A DNA stretch of 62,970 nt, filler included, from Lenisia limosa (lineage: Eukaryota > Protista > Breviatea), in assembly GCA_001655205.1 (NCBI GenBank). It is 11 parts of 11 records of this genome, joined end to end, with 100 filler letters (N's around TTAATTAATTAA, not from the genome) between each part and the next. Parts side by side here need not be neighbours in the genome. Positions count along the whole stretch, not along the records: positions 1 to 18,688 come from LPNZ01006405.1; 10 more parts are not named here. One strand, given 5' to 3'. The notes below the pieces were generated by a model. That model was not told the DNA's origin, did no database searches, and saw only the letters and a list, made by a program, of their open reading frames with translations. How positions within the stretch are numbered: the stretch's first letter is position 1; each line of letters begins with the position of its first letter. Shown one piece after another: positions 1 through 11,830 of the stretch. The position numbers were made by a program, and so were the translations under genes.

Positions 1-31
1 AAATACTACAGTATATGATATGATCTTATGT

Positions 32-3000
32 CTACTTACAACAAGCCGCATACAAAACTCGTTGCTTGCCTCCAGGCAGTGACACGTCTATGACAAAGAC
101 CTTGGCCAGGACCAGTGACACGCCGTAGTGAAGGTCCGCCTCACGTGAAGACACGCCATTCCGCTCGGCTGAAACGTATTTCGTCAGTCGCGGGTAGATC
201 TTGCACTCCACCATTCTGCAGGTGGTGAGAAAAGCAAGAGAGAATCCGTCGCAGTAAGTAATTTGTAATTCACAAATAGCTTTTTAATATTCCTCCCCAC
301 ATGTCTTGAATGAGCGGCAGCGAATTGAACAAGAAGCCCTAAAATGGTGAATATTACGGGTACACACAATGACAAGTATTGTGTGCGAGAAATACCCCTC
401 TCCCTCAAGGCATGATCCAGCCCACCTGGTGATATAGCATGGCCACTAGGTCGGAGTCGTCGGTGTACAGGCCGTCGCCCCAGATCTTGGCCCTTTTGAC
501 ACAGATATTGTCACGGCCAATAAAGGTACTTGCAATTCTAAAGGTCACCGTGCGGCCCTCGCATCCTGGGGGGGGGGGGGNNNNNNNNNNNNNNNNNNNN
601 NNNNNNNNNNNNNNNNNNNNNNNNNNNNNNNNNNNNNNNNNNNNNNNNNNNNNNNNNNNNNNNAATGTAAAAATCACGAACCGAATAAACCTGATGACAA
701 AACACAAATAGCCCAAGCCAGCCTTTCAAGAGTTCCACCACCGCTTAATGACCCAATCCCATTTATTAAAACGGTCACAACCTATAACACCAGAGTCACG
801 ATTTATGATCGACCTACCTTCGAGATTGGGTAGTGGTGCCAACGGAATGTACTCGACTGGAAGAGGCACGTGGCGTTTGGCGCTGCCTTCAAGAGTAAAA
901 ATGCGTAGCGAAAGATAAAGTTCTTATTGTAAGTACCAGACCTACCTTCTGGCATGGCGTGCATTTTAACACCAGCAGTTTGTGATGATGCAAAGATGTT
1001 GCGTGGCTGACTCGCCTCTGGCCATTTTGGTGCTCGGAGCTTGACGACTCCTTTTGCCAAGGGTTCCTCCGGGGTGTGTTCTCTGACAATGGTGTCTAAA
1101 TCTCCGGATTGGCGGTCAGATAAGTCGGCAGATTTCCTGTCAGAAGGCAGGACCGGCGGTGAGGCTGATATTTTCTTCTTGCTCGGACCGACCTACAGTG
1201 TCAAGTCTTCTCCAACAGTAGGTATGTTATATTTGAAGATGATTACAGAATTAGACAACACATCCGATTATAAAGGAAAACAGAGCACCCAGACAGTGCT
1301 AGAAAGCGGAACCGCAGTTAGCACACCCTCCAACAGGATCAGCATTTGGCGATGGCCTTTGGGTAAGTGAAAAGGGCTCAGGAATTCTGGGGGGGGGGGG
1401 GTAAGAACCATGTTAATAAAGCAACTATCGATGAAGGGTTCAAGAAGACCGTCATACTTGGGAGGCCTCGACGCGTGGAGTGGTGGTGTCGGGACAAGCA
1501 TCGGCGGTGTCGGCATGCTTGGCGATTGGGGGGTCACCTCTGAGTGTGGTCAATTTAGGCAAAAAGGCCCCAATCCTGAAGTCTTGAAAAGCTCCCTTCC
1601 CCCACCTCAGCATAATGATACTATATGATATAATCATAAATAAAAAACAATGTCCTTTATTTAGAGAAACGAATTGCGCGAAGTCTATTCTAAACAGAGC
1701 CCCCTCCCAACCCGTGCCGGCATAGGACGATTTTGGCGGTGACAGGAGGCTGGTGACACTCTGTGGCTGTGGCTGAACCAGAATCGGACTTCGGACCTGC
1801 GATGACGTCAGTCGTGGCGTGAGGCTTGAGAGCTTCGGAGTCTGGTTGAGGTAACAGAAAGTGAGCTATAGTTTTAAAAAAAAAGTAGGGGGGTTATTTG
1901 AGGGTTAGATGTTGATTTAAGCCCGATTAAGCCTGAAAGCGAGCACCACTGACCTGAGGAGTGGGGACTCTGGTAGTCAGTGTGGGGGCCTTGGGAGGGG
2001 GTAGCGCTGGGGAGCGGCTTCCTTTAATAGGCGGGATAGAAGACAGCATCATGGGCGCTGACGGCAGCGTGGACTGCGGAGTCAGAGTGACAATTTATGA
2101 TGTACAATCTGATAACTGTAACAGCAACCCTAAAACATAAAAACATGCACTGACCCCCCACATTATATGGAAGCGCCTTCGGGGTGGTGCCCGGAAGATC
2201 AGCCGTTATGGTCGGAATTGACGGGAGGCTCGAGAGGAGCTGAGTAGAGCCGCCACCAATCTTGGGAATGCTGTTATTGAAGCTAACCGGAGGGATATTT
2301 ACTGACCCGAGCGTCTGAGGGGGAGAGGTGATGGTAGGGATAGTGGCAAGAGTTGGGCGTGGGAGAAGGTTTTCGGTCTGATGGAGTAGAGAGTCAGCTT
2401 CTAGCGGAAAAGTCACGTCATTGGTGATTTTCATGATTTTTGGCTGGGAGACTACTCGCGGTACGGCCTGAGGGAAAGTAGTAGGAACGTGGGCTTGCTT
2501 GACAAGGGTACCCCCTGGAGACATCAGCGAAAGTGCAGCAGTGGGTTTGGAGATTGGGGTGACTGGTTTGTTCAACGGGGGGCTCCGTTTAACAGGGACA
2601 TTCATCCGAGCCACGCTGGGAATGGCTTGTGGAAGAGGTACACGTGGTTGTACAGCCGGAGAAGCGCTCCGCTTACTACTGACTAGAATAGGACTGCTTT
2701 TCTTCTCTGGAGCGGAGAGTGGGGAAGTCGGAAGCGTCGGAACCTTCTTGCTCTGGTATCTCAAGGGGTTGAGCTGGTCTTGTTGTGGTTTTGACGATAA
2801 TTGTGCTGGCGGTGACGAGGTCATATCTGCTGGCTCTGCTGGAATTGGCACGTGCGCTGGAACAGGGAAAGGAAACCCAGGCTTTTCTTCTGTGAGTGGC
2901 ATAGAGAGGATCGGCGCGGGAATGGTGGTGATGGGTGCCGGGGCGGGAACGAGGTTTGTGGGGAATGGCTGAGGAGGCTCGGACTGAAGCGGAGGTGTTG

Positions 3001-5084
3001 TGGCTCGTTTGAGCGACTTCTGGGCGACTGCCTCAGTTTCCACTTTTTGGGTCAGTTTTGCAGCCTGTCTTGTCATGATCTCAGGCTTCGGCGGTACATA
3101 TACTTCCTTGAAGAGGGGCTTCGGCAGGTTTTCGGGAATGTGGTGCGTGGGAGGTTGGTAGGGCGCCAGCTTAGGGGGGGTGACTTCTTCGGGTGAGTAT
3201 CGGATTTCTTCAGCCTTCTTCTCAGGGTGTTTTTCGGTGTGCGTTTTGGTTTTTACTTCTGAGAGAGGTTCAACAACCGGTTTGTTGGAAAGGGTAAGGG
3301 ACACGGGGAGGGAGGCAGTGATCTGAGGGATCTCTATTTGGGGGATGGTGACTGAGATTTGGGGGATCTGAGAAATTTGGGGGATGACTTTGGGAATTGG
3401 CCCTTCCTGTAGCGGTGGTGTGATTTGTCGTTTAAGTGATTGAATTCCAGGTACAGATTGACGGTCTTTCGGGCATTCCTTTTGTGGAATTGGTTGACTT
3501 TCTTCCTTTGGAGCAACCTCCTTCGGAGCGACAGAACTTTCCTCTTTTAGAACGACTGGGCTTTGCTCGGTAGGGGGGGTAGGCTTCGGTGGGGGGGAGG
3601 GGACCCGAGGAGAAAGCTCGAAGGCGTTGGTGGCTACTAAAATAAGTAAGCGCAAACTCTCTAAAACACAACTGAAGAACCAAATGACAATATTGTAGAA
3701 ACCATGGAAAAGCAATACCCATCATATTTGATTACAACTAACCATTCCAACCTGAGGGTGGTGAATTGGTTGGGACTGGAGCCACTGGAACACTGGACTT
3801 TACCTCTGTAAGGACCGGAGAAGAAGCCTGGTGGGTGAAAGAGCAGCACTAAATAAGCTCATTTAGTGTTTAAAAAGCAGCATTACCCCTCCACCCCTTA
3901 AAATCAAAATAAGCAGCTGACACAGACCAACACCAACCGAATCGATCTGTGGTTTGATTTGCTTGGTGGTTCTGGTCGCAACATGAGGGAGGGGTGGAGA
4001 CGGTGATTTGGGAGGCTTTGTCGACGGGGGTACCCGCGACGATTTGGTTTCCATTTTCGATCGGGTCTAAAAGGTGTGATTGCGGCTCGAGCAATTTATC
4101 AGAGTTACTCAAGAGTACATTGCAGCAAATCGTAAAGAACAGAACACAATGTGCAGAGAGAAAAAAAAGGCATAGGGATCGTTATCACAATCCTTTTTTT
4201 CTCTCTCTTAACAAGAGCAACAAAAATTGTACCAACCTTGTTGAAAGCAAGAGCAGGGAGCGGGGGAGGTGAAACGGTTTTGGGCGCGCTGGGGGAAATG
4301 ACTGAGCTTGGTGGTTTCAGGGCAGCAGCTGGCCCCCTGGGCTTCTGTGGCATTGGTCGAAAAGAAAAAGCAGTTTGTGGTAGGGAAGGCTTTGGGAGTG
4401 GTGACGGCGATGAGCTCACTGCGTCAGAAGAGGCGGTAATCCCGGAAACTTCTTCACTAGTCTTCGGTTTGGCTCTGAATGTTGCCGGGTCTACACCAGG
4501 TGGCACCTTTCCAGCTCCTTTAGGAGGCAGGACAAGCGCTTCAGTTGTTGCCGAAGAAGGAGAGTGGCTTGTTTTAACAGTAGCAGAAGCTTCTGTCTCA
4601 TTAGGTGCATCAGATTGCTCAACAGGAATCGTTCCTAGCCGAAGAACAAGCTTTGTAGTGTCAGGTTTCACGGCCGAACCCTAATTTGGTGAACAACGGT
4701 TCTACACTCCAAGAGGTTACTCTGATAAACATAAAATACAACGAAATCAGCAGGAAAACGCGTGTATAGAACTCAAAACAGCTCTTCCACAACTGCCATT
4801 TATTATTATGTGAAGATACAAGAAGCAAAAGCCTATCATCTACAACATTTACCTCGGCATCGTGTGTACTAAAGCCCTGTGAACTGCTGGAGTCTGCTGG
4901 TGGAGTAGATTCCGTCTGAGGAAATGATCCAAAATAAAAAAAACAAGTGAAAATAAAGGTAAATGTTAATATTAAAGACATTAAGTCAGTGAAAGAACGC
5001 TAACTAGTAAAAAAGAGCGAAATATTCCGAGGCCAAAAGGTGCCAAAGGAAACAGACCCATGCAATTACCTTGTCAACAGTCAT
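32..5084 (-). CDS. Multi-exon gene: long Pro/Ser/Thr-rich low-complexity N-terminus plus C-terminal Rxt3-like (histone deacetylase complex subunit) domain; 3' end may run off the window
   Basis: ATG at 5084 (ATG ACT GTT GAC AAG|GTAATT). Long open exons at 4105-4671 and 2024-3715. C-terminal exons read KIWGDGLYTDDSDLVAMLYH (405-560) and KIYPRLTKYVSAERNGVSSREADLHYGVSL (32-214), matching the Rxt3 motifs WG.d.YTDDSD.v and P.L..Y....rnGi.SR. Confidence 0.75.
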
Positions 5085-5256
5085 GTTATCTAATGAATCA
5101 TTAGAGGAGCCTTCTCGCATTTTGTGAAAACTTTCTCAGATGTGCTATTAGTTGAATTGGTATTGGGTTATTAATAGCTTTTTTACATCATATATTGAAT
5201 CTAATTCTTTATTTCTTTCTAATTTTTGATGAAAAAAAGTGGAAAACAGGCGAAGT

Positions 5257-8200
5257 ATGGCGGCGGAACTCAAAAGTGGTTTTTGATTTTTTCCATTAGA
5301 TTTTTAACAGGTTAAACGTCATCACTATGAAGAATATAGTGGATATTTACAAGGAGGCATGTAGTGCTTTTGGAATAGAGCCTCAAAGTGACTTCCTTGA
5401 TATTCTTAAGTTGTCTGTAGAGTCACAGTGAGCCTTCCCCTTCACCACAAGACAACTAACCATTCAGGCAATCGGTTGTTGAGGTTGAGCTGAAGGGCTC
5501 TGACTCTTGTCGTTTTACCGCCCGGATCGGTGACCGAGATTGTGCAGCCATATGTGAAGCGCTTGAAGGTGAGATGATGGTGCTTGCTTATTGTCATTAG
5601 CAAACTCCTGATTTCACACAATCTTTATCTAAGGCCACTTTTTTATTTATTGAAATTTGCTTCCTCCAAATGTCTTTGTCTGACATGCAAGTAGTACTCT
5701 TGGAAACTACTCTCACCATCTAGGTGTAAACGGTCTCACATCTCTCAGTCTGGCAGTCAACAACATGTAGGATTCTGATTAACACACAAATTCTTCTCCT
5801 GAACCGTTATGAAAGATAATCATTTTTGTGTTTGTATTCAAATAATCGCATCTAGTTCAGATATATCCTCATCGCCCCTTTGCCGCCTCCTCCGAACAAC
5901 ACCTACACTCTCGTCCTTGGATCTTCGTGCGAATGATTTCACACATGTTGCAGTCAAGGCCTTGATGGAGACGCAGAGGGAGTGCGGCGGTAAGCTAAGC
6001 TAGGTTAACTCCATGATTTCTTTTTGCCATTGTTGATACCATTTTGTTTTTTTTTGTTTTTCTATTTTGATATGTCAGTTAACTTTTTTTAGAAAAGGGC
6101 TATGGCCTCTCCAGACTAAATCTCTCACAAAATGACCTTGGAGAAGAGGGTGGACTCTTGATCGCAGAGCAAATCAAAGTGAGTACCATTGCCAGTGAAG
6201 GGGCGTTCTTAATAGGAAGTTCCTTCCCTTCACTGGCAAGATAATGGGAAGGTTGCTACTTTGCTCTAACTCATTAATATGTATATCAAAACAAAAAGAT
6301 GTAATTTATTTCCAGAAAATTATCACGGATATCTGAATTCAATACTGTTACGTTATCTTGTCTGTACTTACTTATATTTAAAGAAGATTTTGGTGATAGT
6401 CATAATCTTTATTCTTTCGTTTTGTATTAATATTATTATTATTAATGTATTATTATTTTCATCCTGCTTAGAGGGTTTTGGGGGTTTGGCGTACGTATTA
6501 TTCCCTGACACCCCAGGTGGATCAAATCTTGGTTGACCTGAGCCTTGATTCTTGTGGCTTAGGCACCAAGGCTCTAGTGGGTATAGCAACTGCGTTGTCT
6601 GAGAACACCATGATGTCTCGCCTCGACCTGTCCTCCCCAGGTTCGCCCCATTATAGAATGGCTAGTTCTTGACTTCTTTTTTGCTTGTTTTTTTCAAACC
6701 AGAAGTTCCAAAATACCAACGTAATGCTGTTTTCTTTTTTTATTTATCCTTACTTTGTCGAGATTTGAGAAAATGTGTCTTAATATATTTTGCTACCCCT
6801 AGGCTTTGTTGTTTTGTTCATTTCAACCCTCATGCGTTTCTCAAATGTTTAGCCAACAGAGTTGATGTGGGTTTTTTTTTGTTTCATCAATTGTCATTTT
6901 TACCCCCCCCCCCCTAGTATCATATGATATTTAACACTTCACAGCATCATACCACAGTACCGATGATGTGGCCATTCATGTTGCCAAAGCCATCACATAC
7001 CACCCATCAGTCACCCACCTAGCCCTGAGAGTGGGCAATCGGCGGGGGGGGGGGGGNNNNNNNNNNNNNNNNNNNNNNNNNNNNNNNNNNNNNNNNNNNN
7101 NNNNNNNNNNNNNNNNNNNNNNNNNNNNNNNNNNNNNNNNNNNNNNNNNNNNNNNACTTGCTCAGAAGCACCGGATTTCGGATTATGGAGCCCGTGCCAT
7201 TTCAGACGCTTTCACACACGGGTGCCGTCTTGAAAGTCTTGATTTAAGGTTAGATCTTGTTTTGAGAATATGGTAAGAATGCTCTTAACCTCATTTAGCT
7301 GCAATAAGTTGACACAACCTGCCCTTATGCTTTTATCAATTGGAATAACAAAATCAAGACTTGTGTAGGCCGGGAATAAGGATGAGATAATGTCTGCTCA
7401 GAATTCTAATATGATACACTATTATATTATCATATTGTATTATGCTATACTATGAATAATTATTACATAATATAATATTATGTATTATAAGTAGTATATG
7501 ATTATATGATTATATGTATCTTATTATTTGTATCTTATTATTTGTATCTTATTTATGTATTACAGAATACATTGTATCTGAATAATATATTCTATGAACC
7601 AAAACGTAGGTTTTTACGTTTCCTTATAGATCATTAAACCTCTCCTCAAACTGCATGAAAGACGAGGGTGCATCTCATCTTGCTGCTGCTATTTATAAGA
7701 GCTCAATTTCTGAGTATGGTACCAACTTCTGATTTTATTTTTTGTTTGTTTTAGAATATTTATACCCAAGTAGTGTAGGTTAAATGATTGGGTGAAATAA
7801 TATTATACAATAATCTAATCTCTTATTAGCGTGATGATGTGAGCGGCTTCGGCCAGAGACAACCTTGTATTTCTCATCTCTATATTATATCACAAGCAAG
7901 TGCTTGTTGTCCTTTGTAAATACAGAGCTGGTCGGCAATGTCTTCTTCACCCGCATGATATGTAGAAATGATTTACGTGTGTAGTTTAGACATTCGGTCG
8001 TGTGGCATTACTGACGCTGGCCTCATTGAAATTGCTGCGTCTTTGCTTACAGTCCCATTAAAGCGGGTCATGCTTTGGGGAAACAGGTAGAGGGGGGGTG
8101 GTTAAATGTGCATCAGATGATTTACAATGCTTGTAACATTTTGCTTTCAGTAATTCAAACCCTACTCGGGCTTTGGAGTTTCAGATTATTCGATTCGTGA

Positions 8201-8708
8201 TTATTTCCTTTACGCCAATACATCAATATTTCCTACAGTGTGTGCTAGCCAACGGAGTTAATTTTGGGCTTTTTTTTTTGTTATCAATTTCCAATTTTGC
8301 TTTTGTCTTGTCTAAGCGTTGGTTGCTCATTTGTTTGGAGTTTCAGTTATTCGGTTCGTTGTTAGTATCTTTACGCCAATATTCTTCATCGAAATTTCCT
8401 TCGTTTTACTCCCCCCACCCGTAGTATTACAAAGGTTGCCTGTCCCTCTCTCCGAGATGTCTCTTGCATGGCCACAGTGGATAAAATGGACGTAATTGTT
8501 GTAGCAAGCGATAATGGTCTGGCTGCGGCCTTAGATTCTCAGGTGTTGTAGTGTCTTTCTTAAGTTGTTTCTTGATAATTCTTTACTTTCTAATAATTTA
8601 TTTTTTTGTCAGAGTTTTTTTTCAAGAGCATATGATAATCTAAGACTGCATCACTTTAAATTGAATAAAGTACATGTATACAGTGAAATGCGACAAATAA
8701 TACACTAG
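5257..8708 (+). CDS. LRRC34: LRRC34-like ribonuclease-inhibitor-type leucine-rich repeat protein (about 13 exons)
   Basis: Spliced exons read DLSLDSCGLGTKALVGIATALSENTMMSRLDLSSP, IHVAKAITYHPSVTHLAL, KHRISDYGARAISDAFTHGCRLESLDL, CNKLT, NCMKDEGASHLA and IRSCGITDAGLIEIAASLLTVPLKRVMLWGN. These are colinear with LRRC34 as recalled (LDLGDCDLG..LNRP; VHVGRML; KHDI; CNKIT; YIWGNKF). The last exon is approximate. Confidence 0.7.
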
Positions 8709-8777
8709 AACAAAAAGAAAAACAATGAAATGGATGAATGCAGAACATGGGTGCGGGAAAGATAAGCCAAAAAAACT

Positions 8778-11544
8778 CTAAGAGGCTGTACATTTGTAAT
8801 GACGGCGATATTTATCGTCAATCTTTAGTATTAAATAAATTATGGTTGATTATCTCAGTGAAGAATATAAGCAAACCTAATTGAGAAATAAAAATGGTGG
8901 AATCGTGACTCTATTGTCCCGTTAGGAACAACGCAAACCAGCTTACATTGGCAAGGTAAAATGTGTTTGGGAAGAGCGTAGAGGGGTCATCAATTGGGGA
9001 ATAGTTCTGAGAAGATAAAAGGTGAAGAAGTGTTGTGTCTATAAATACAATATACCTCACCCCCTCACAGAAGCACCATCAGCAGAATTCTCCCTGAGCT
9101 TCAGGGAGTCAACAAACTCTGCAGGCGACTTTGCGATTCTGGTTTTCAGGCGCGATGAGAGCGCCAAGCGTTTCTGCAGCGCCTCAACACTTGAAACTAC
9201 CCGAAAAGAGAACATTGAAGAAGCCAAGCCGGAACCATAGGAGAAGAGGGTGATGCGTTTATCCAGCTGGGAGAAGAAAATTAAAAAATGGAACTGGAAG
9301 TGGGTAGAATAAGAGGCCCAGCAGCTAACCAGATCATCGCCAAGTGAGTCAACCGCAGAGGCTAGCGCAGCCCATACGGAACCGGAGTAGATATTTCCCA
9401 ATGCCTTCGCTGCAGTCATCGTGGGCAGAACCTGCGTGGTTGTAAACTGTATGTTCAAGAAAATCAACAAGCGGTACTACAGGTTCAAACATAGTCCAGG
9501 TAATTGAAAGACTGATAAGATGCGAACCTGTGTTTTGAACGCTTCATTGCTGGCAGTGACACAAGCCTTTTCAAGCTCTCTGTTCGAGAATGTTTCTAAG
9601 CAAAATAAGATAAAAATAATAAGAACAATAAATATTTCCATATGAACAGCCACTAGAATACCTGTACGAGGGAGACTGATGAACGGTAAGAGGGGTGAGT
9701 CTTCAGGGATGGAGTCATCATTTCTTCTCGCCATATTGTAGGTGAGTCGTCCGAAGGATTTTTGCACAAGTTTACTAGGAAGTACAATAAATTTTAAGAA
9801 AGAAAACTGAATCCTCAGAAATGAACATGAGGAATGGCCAATGTGTTACTAAAAACATTAAAAAGAAACAATCTCAAGAACAATCCCTCCTTCTTTTAAT
9901 TCTGGAAGCTGATGAACCGAGTAAAGTTTGAAAATCCATATACCAACCTAAATGGCGAATGGAAGGCAAACAAGTGACTGTCGTCCAGTGTGTACGGTCT
10001 TCCAAGAAGCTTGGCCATCTTGTCAGCGTATCGGTCAAAGCAAAGATCCAGCGCTGACTGGTATGAAGTGAGGCTGAGAGCTCCGTTGACGACAGGGTAC
10101 TCGCTAGCCAGGTTTGGCTTGTAAAAGTCGTATGTGTTTGCCATGTGAGTGGCTCGAACCTAGAGATTTACTATCATTCAAAATGAAGATACGAACTCAG
10201 TACAAAGGAAAATGTTTAAAAGTGAACAAGAACCTGTTTACTGCTGCTGGTATGAGAGAAGAGACATAGAACGTATCCAACATTTCTCCATTTGGAAAGT
10301 ACCCCTGGTACCATAGGTTCCAGTGCTATTGGTGCGTCAGGGCCAATGAGCATTGCTACAGCTCCAACTCCGCCAGTGGGACGTGCAGGTCCTGGGGAGG
10401 GACGGGGTGATAGGTGTTGCTGAGTCAGTAGAAAAAGAAAGATGCAAAGCGTGGCAGGAAACATGAACCTGTCCAAACCTTCAGCGTAAACAGCGATATC
10501 AGCAGCGACAGCAATTGCTAGCCTGCCGTCCCAACTTGAAGACTCCACCCAATTCACGGAGTTGAAGACTGCTGAGGTGCCACCGTAGCAGGCGTTGGTT
10601 GTGTCAATACCTGAAGTGGCTATTAAGAAATGAAACAAAAAAAAAATCAAGAAGTGAATGGATGAACTCATTTATCTTCATATATTACATGATATAAACC
10701 ACATAAACAATGCATGAGTCTTGAATAAAAATAGATGAGTCACCTTTAATACTATCAATCATTTTGGTTTTATGGTCGCAAAACATGTAACACATAAAAC
10801 AGTAAAATACAAAAGAAAAATAAAGAAAACTATCGTGAAATAATTCCAAAAGCAGCAAAAAAAAGGGACACAAAACCAAAGTCAACCCATAAGTTCAGTA
10901 GGTAGAAGAATCAAAAGTCGTAAAGAACAGTGAACATCTGTCACAAGCCAAGGCGAGTGCTTCCGGCTGGTCCACTCCCAAGGCTTCCTTCAATCAAACA
11001 AAAACTGATGAAGAGAGGATCCTCTCAAACCTTCGATATCGGTGTTCCCGCATTTTGAAAAAAGATCCATCAAAACAGATTTCACTGATTTTGACTTATC
11101 AATAATGGTTTCAGTGCCAACCTATTGTATTAATTTGACACCGAACAACAGGAAAGGCTCTTCACAAAAAGAGAAAAATTCAGTCTTACCTCAAGACGGC
11201 CAATTTGATCAGGGGATACATTGTAACTTTGAAGCAAGTTGTTGACAGCTAGGTTAAAAGGGTCAGAAAATCCAGAGAATAGTTCCCGAAAATACCTGTA
11301 AGGGAAATTGAGCAAATATCTTCGTTATCTGATACAAAGGCCATCTGATTTTGACCAAGACCAATGGTATACTTCCCTGGACTGGCTTTATCGAAGGATT
11401 CTATTTTGGTGAGAAAAATTAAGAGAGGTCAGAGCGCCAAAACTAACCTAATTCCGATTGATCAACATAATACTTGGGGAAATAAACTTCTAAAGCAAGT
11501 ATACCAACATTTTGTGGTCTGGGAGGCGGTGTAAGGCCTGGCAT
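8778..11544 (-). CDS. HMGCS: Hydroxymethylglutaryl-CoA synthase (mevalonate pathway)
   Basis: [41 protein letters not shown]|[26 protein letters not shown] (catalytic Cys), [44 protein letters not shown], and C-terminal IDDKYRRHY followed by TAG at 8778. Confidence 0.97.
10936..10990 (-). ncRNA. Candidate single-hairpin H/ACA-like guide RNA inside an HMGCS intron
   Basis: GC-rich island in an AT-rich intron. Sense sequence AAGCC-TTGG-GAGTG-loop-CACTC-GCCTT-GGCTT-GTG-ACA-GAT gives a lower stem, an internal pocket, an upper stem and an ACA box 13 nt below the upper stem. Confidence 0.25.
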
Positions 11545-11830
11545 TCCCGTTCTCTCAATCAACAAACGCGTTCAGTGTGTAACACAAGTCTGATACCGCC
11601 TTGAAAAAATCTGGAAAAAATTCAAGCAAAAAAGGGGGTTATATGTTGGATACGTGGAGGGGACACGTTTAAAATGGGTGTTTTGTTTTTTTTTCAAAAA
11701 AAGGTCTTTAAACGTAGAAACAAGTGGTAGAAAGTTGTATTTTTTTGTCTTATTTCTGTTTGGTCCACCCAGTTGTCCATTATTTCTGTTCCTCGAAATC
11801 AGTTCAGTTTTTGTCAGCTAAAGACTTAAA

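Noticed and set aside
2499-4684. Long + strand ORFs (2499-2972, 4151-4684); likewise 40943-41317 (-) and 38937-39242 (+)
   Set aside because: These are antisense shadows of low-complexity exons on the opposite strand.
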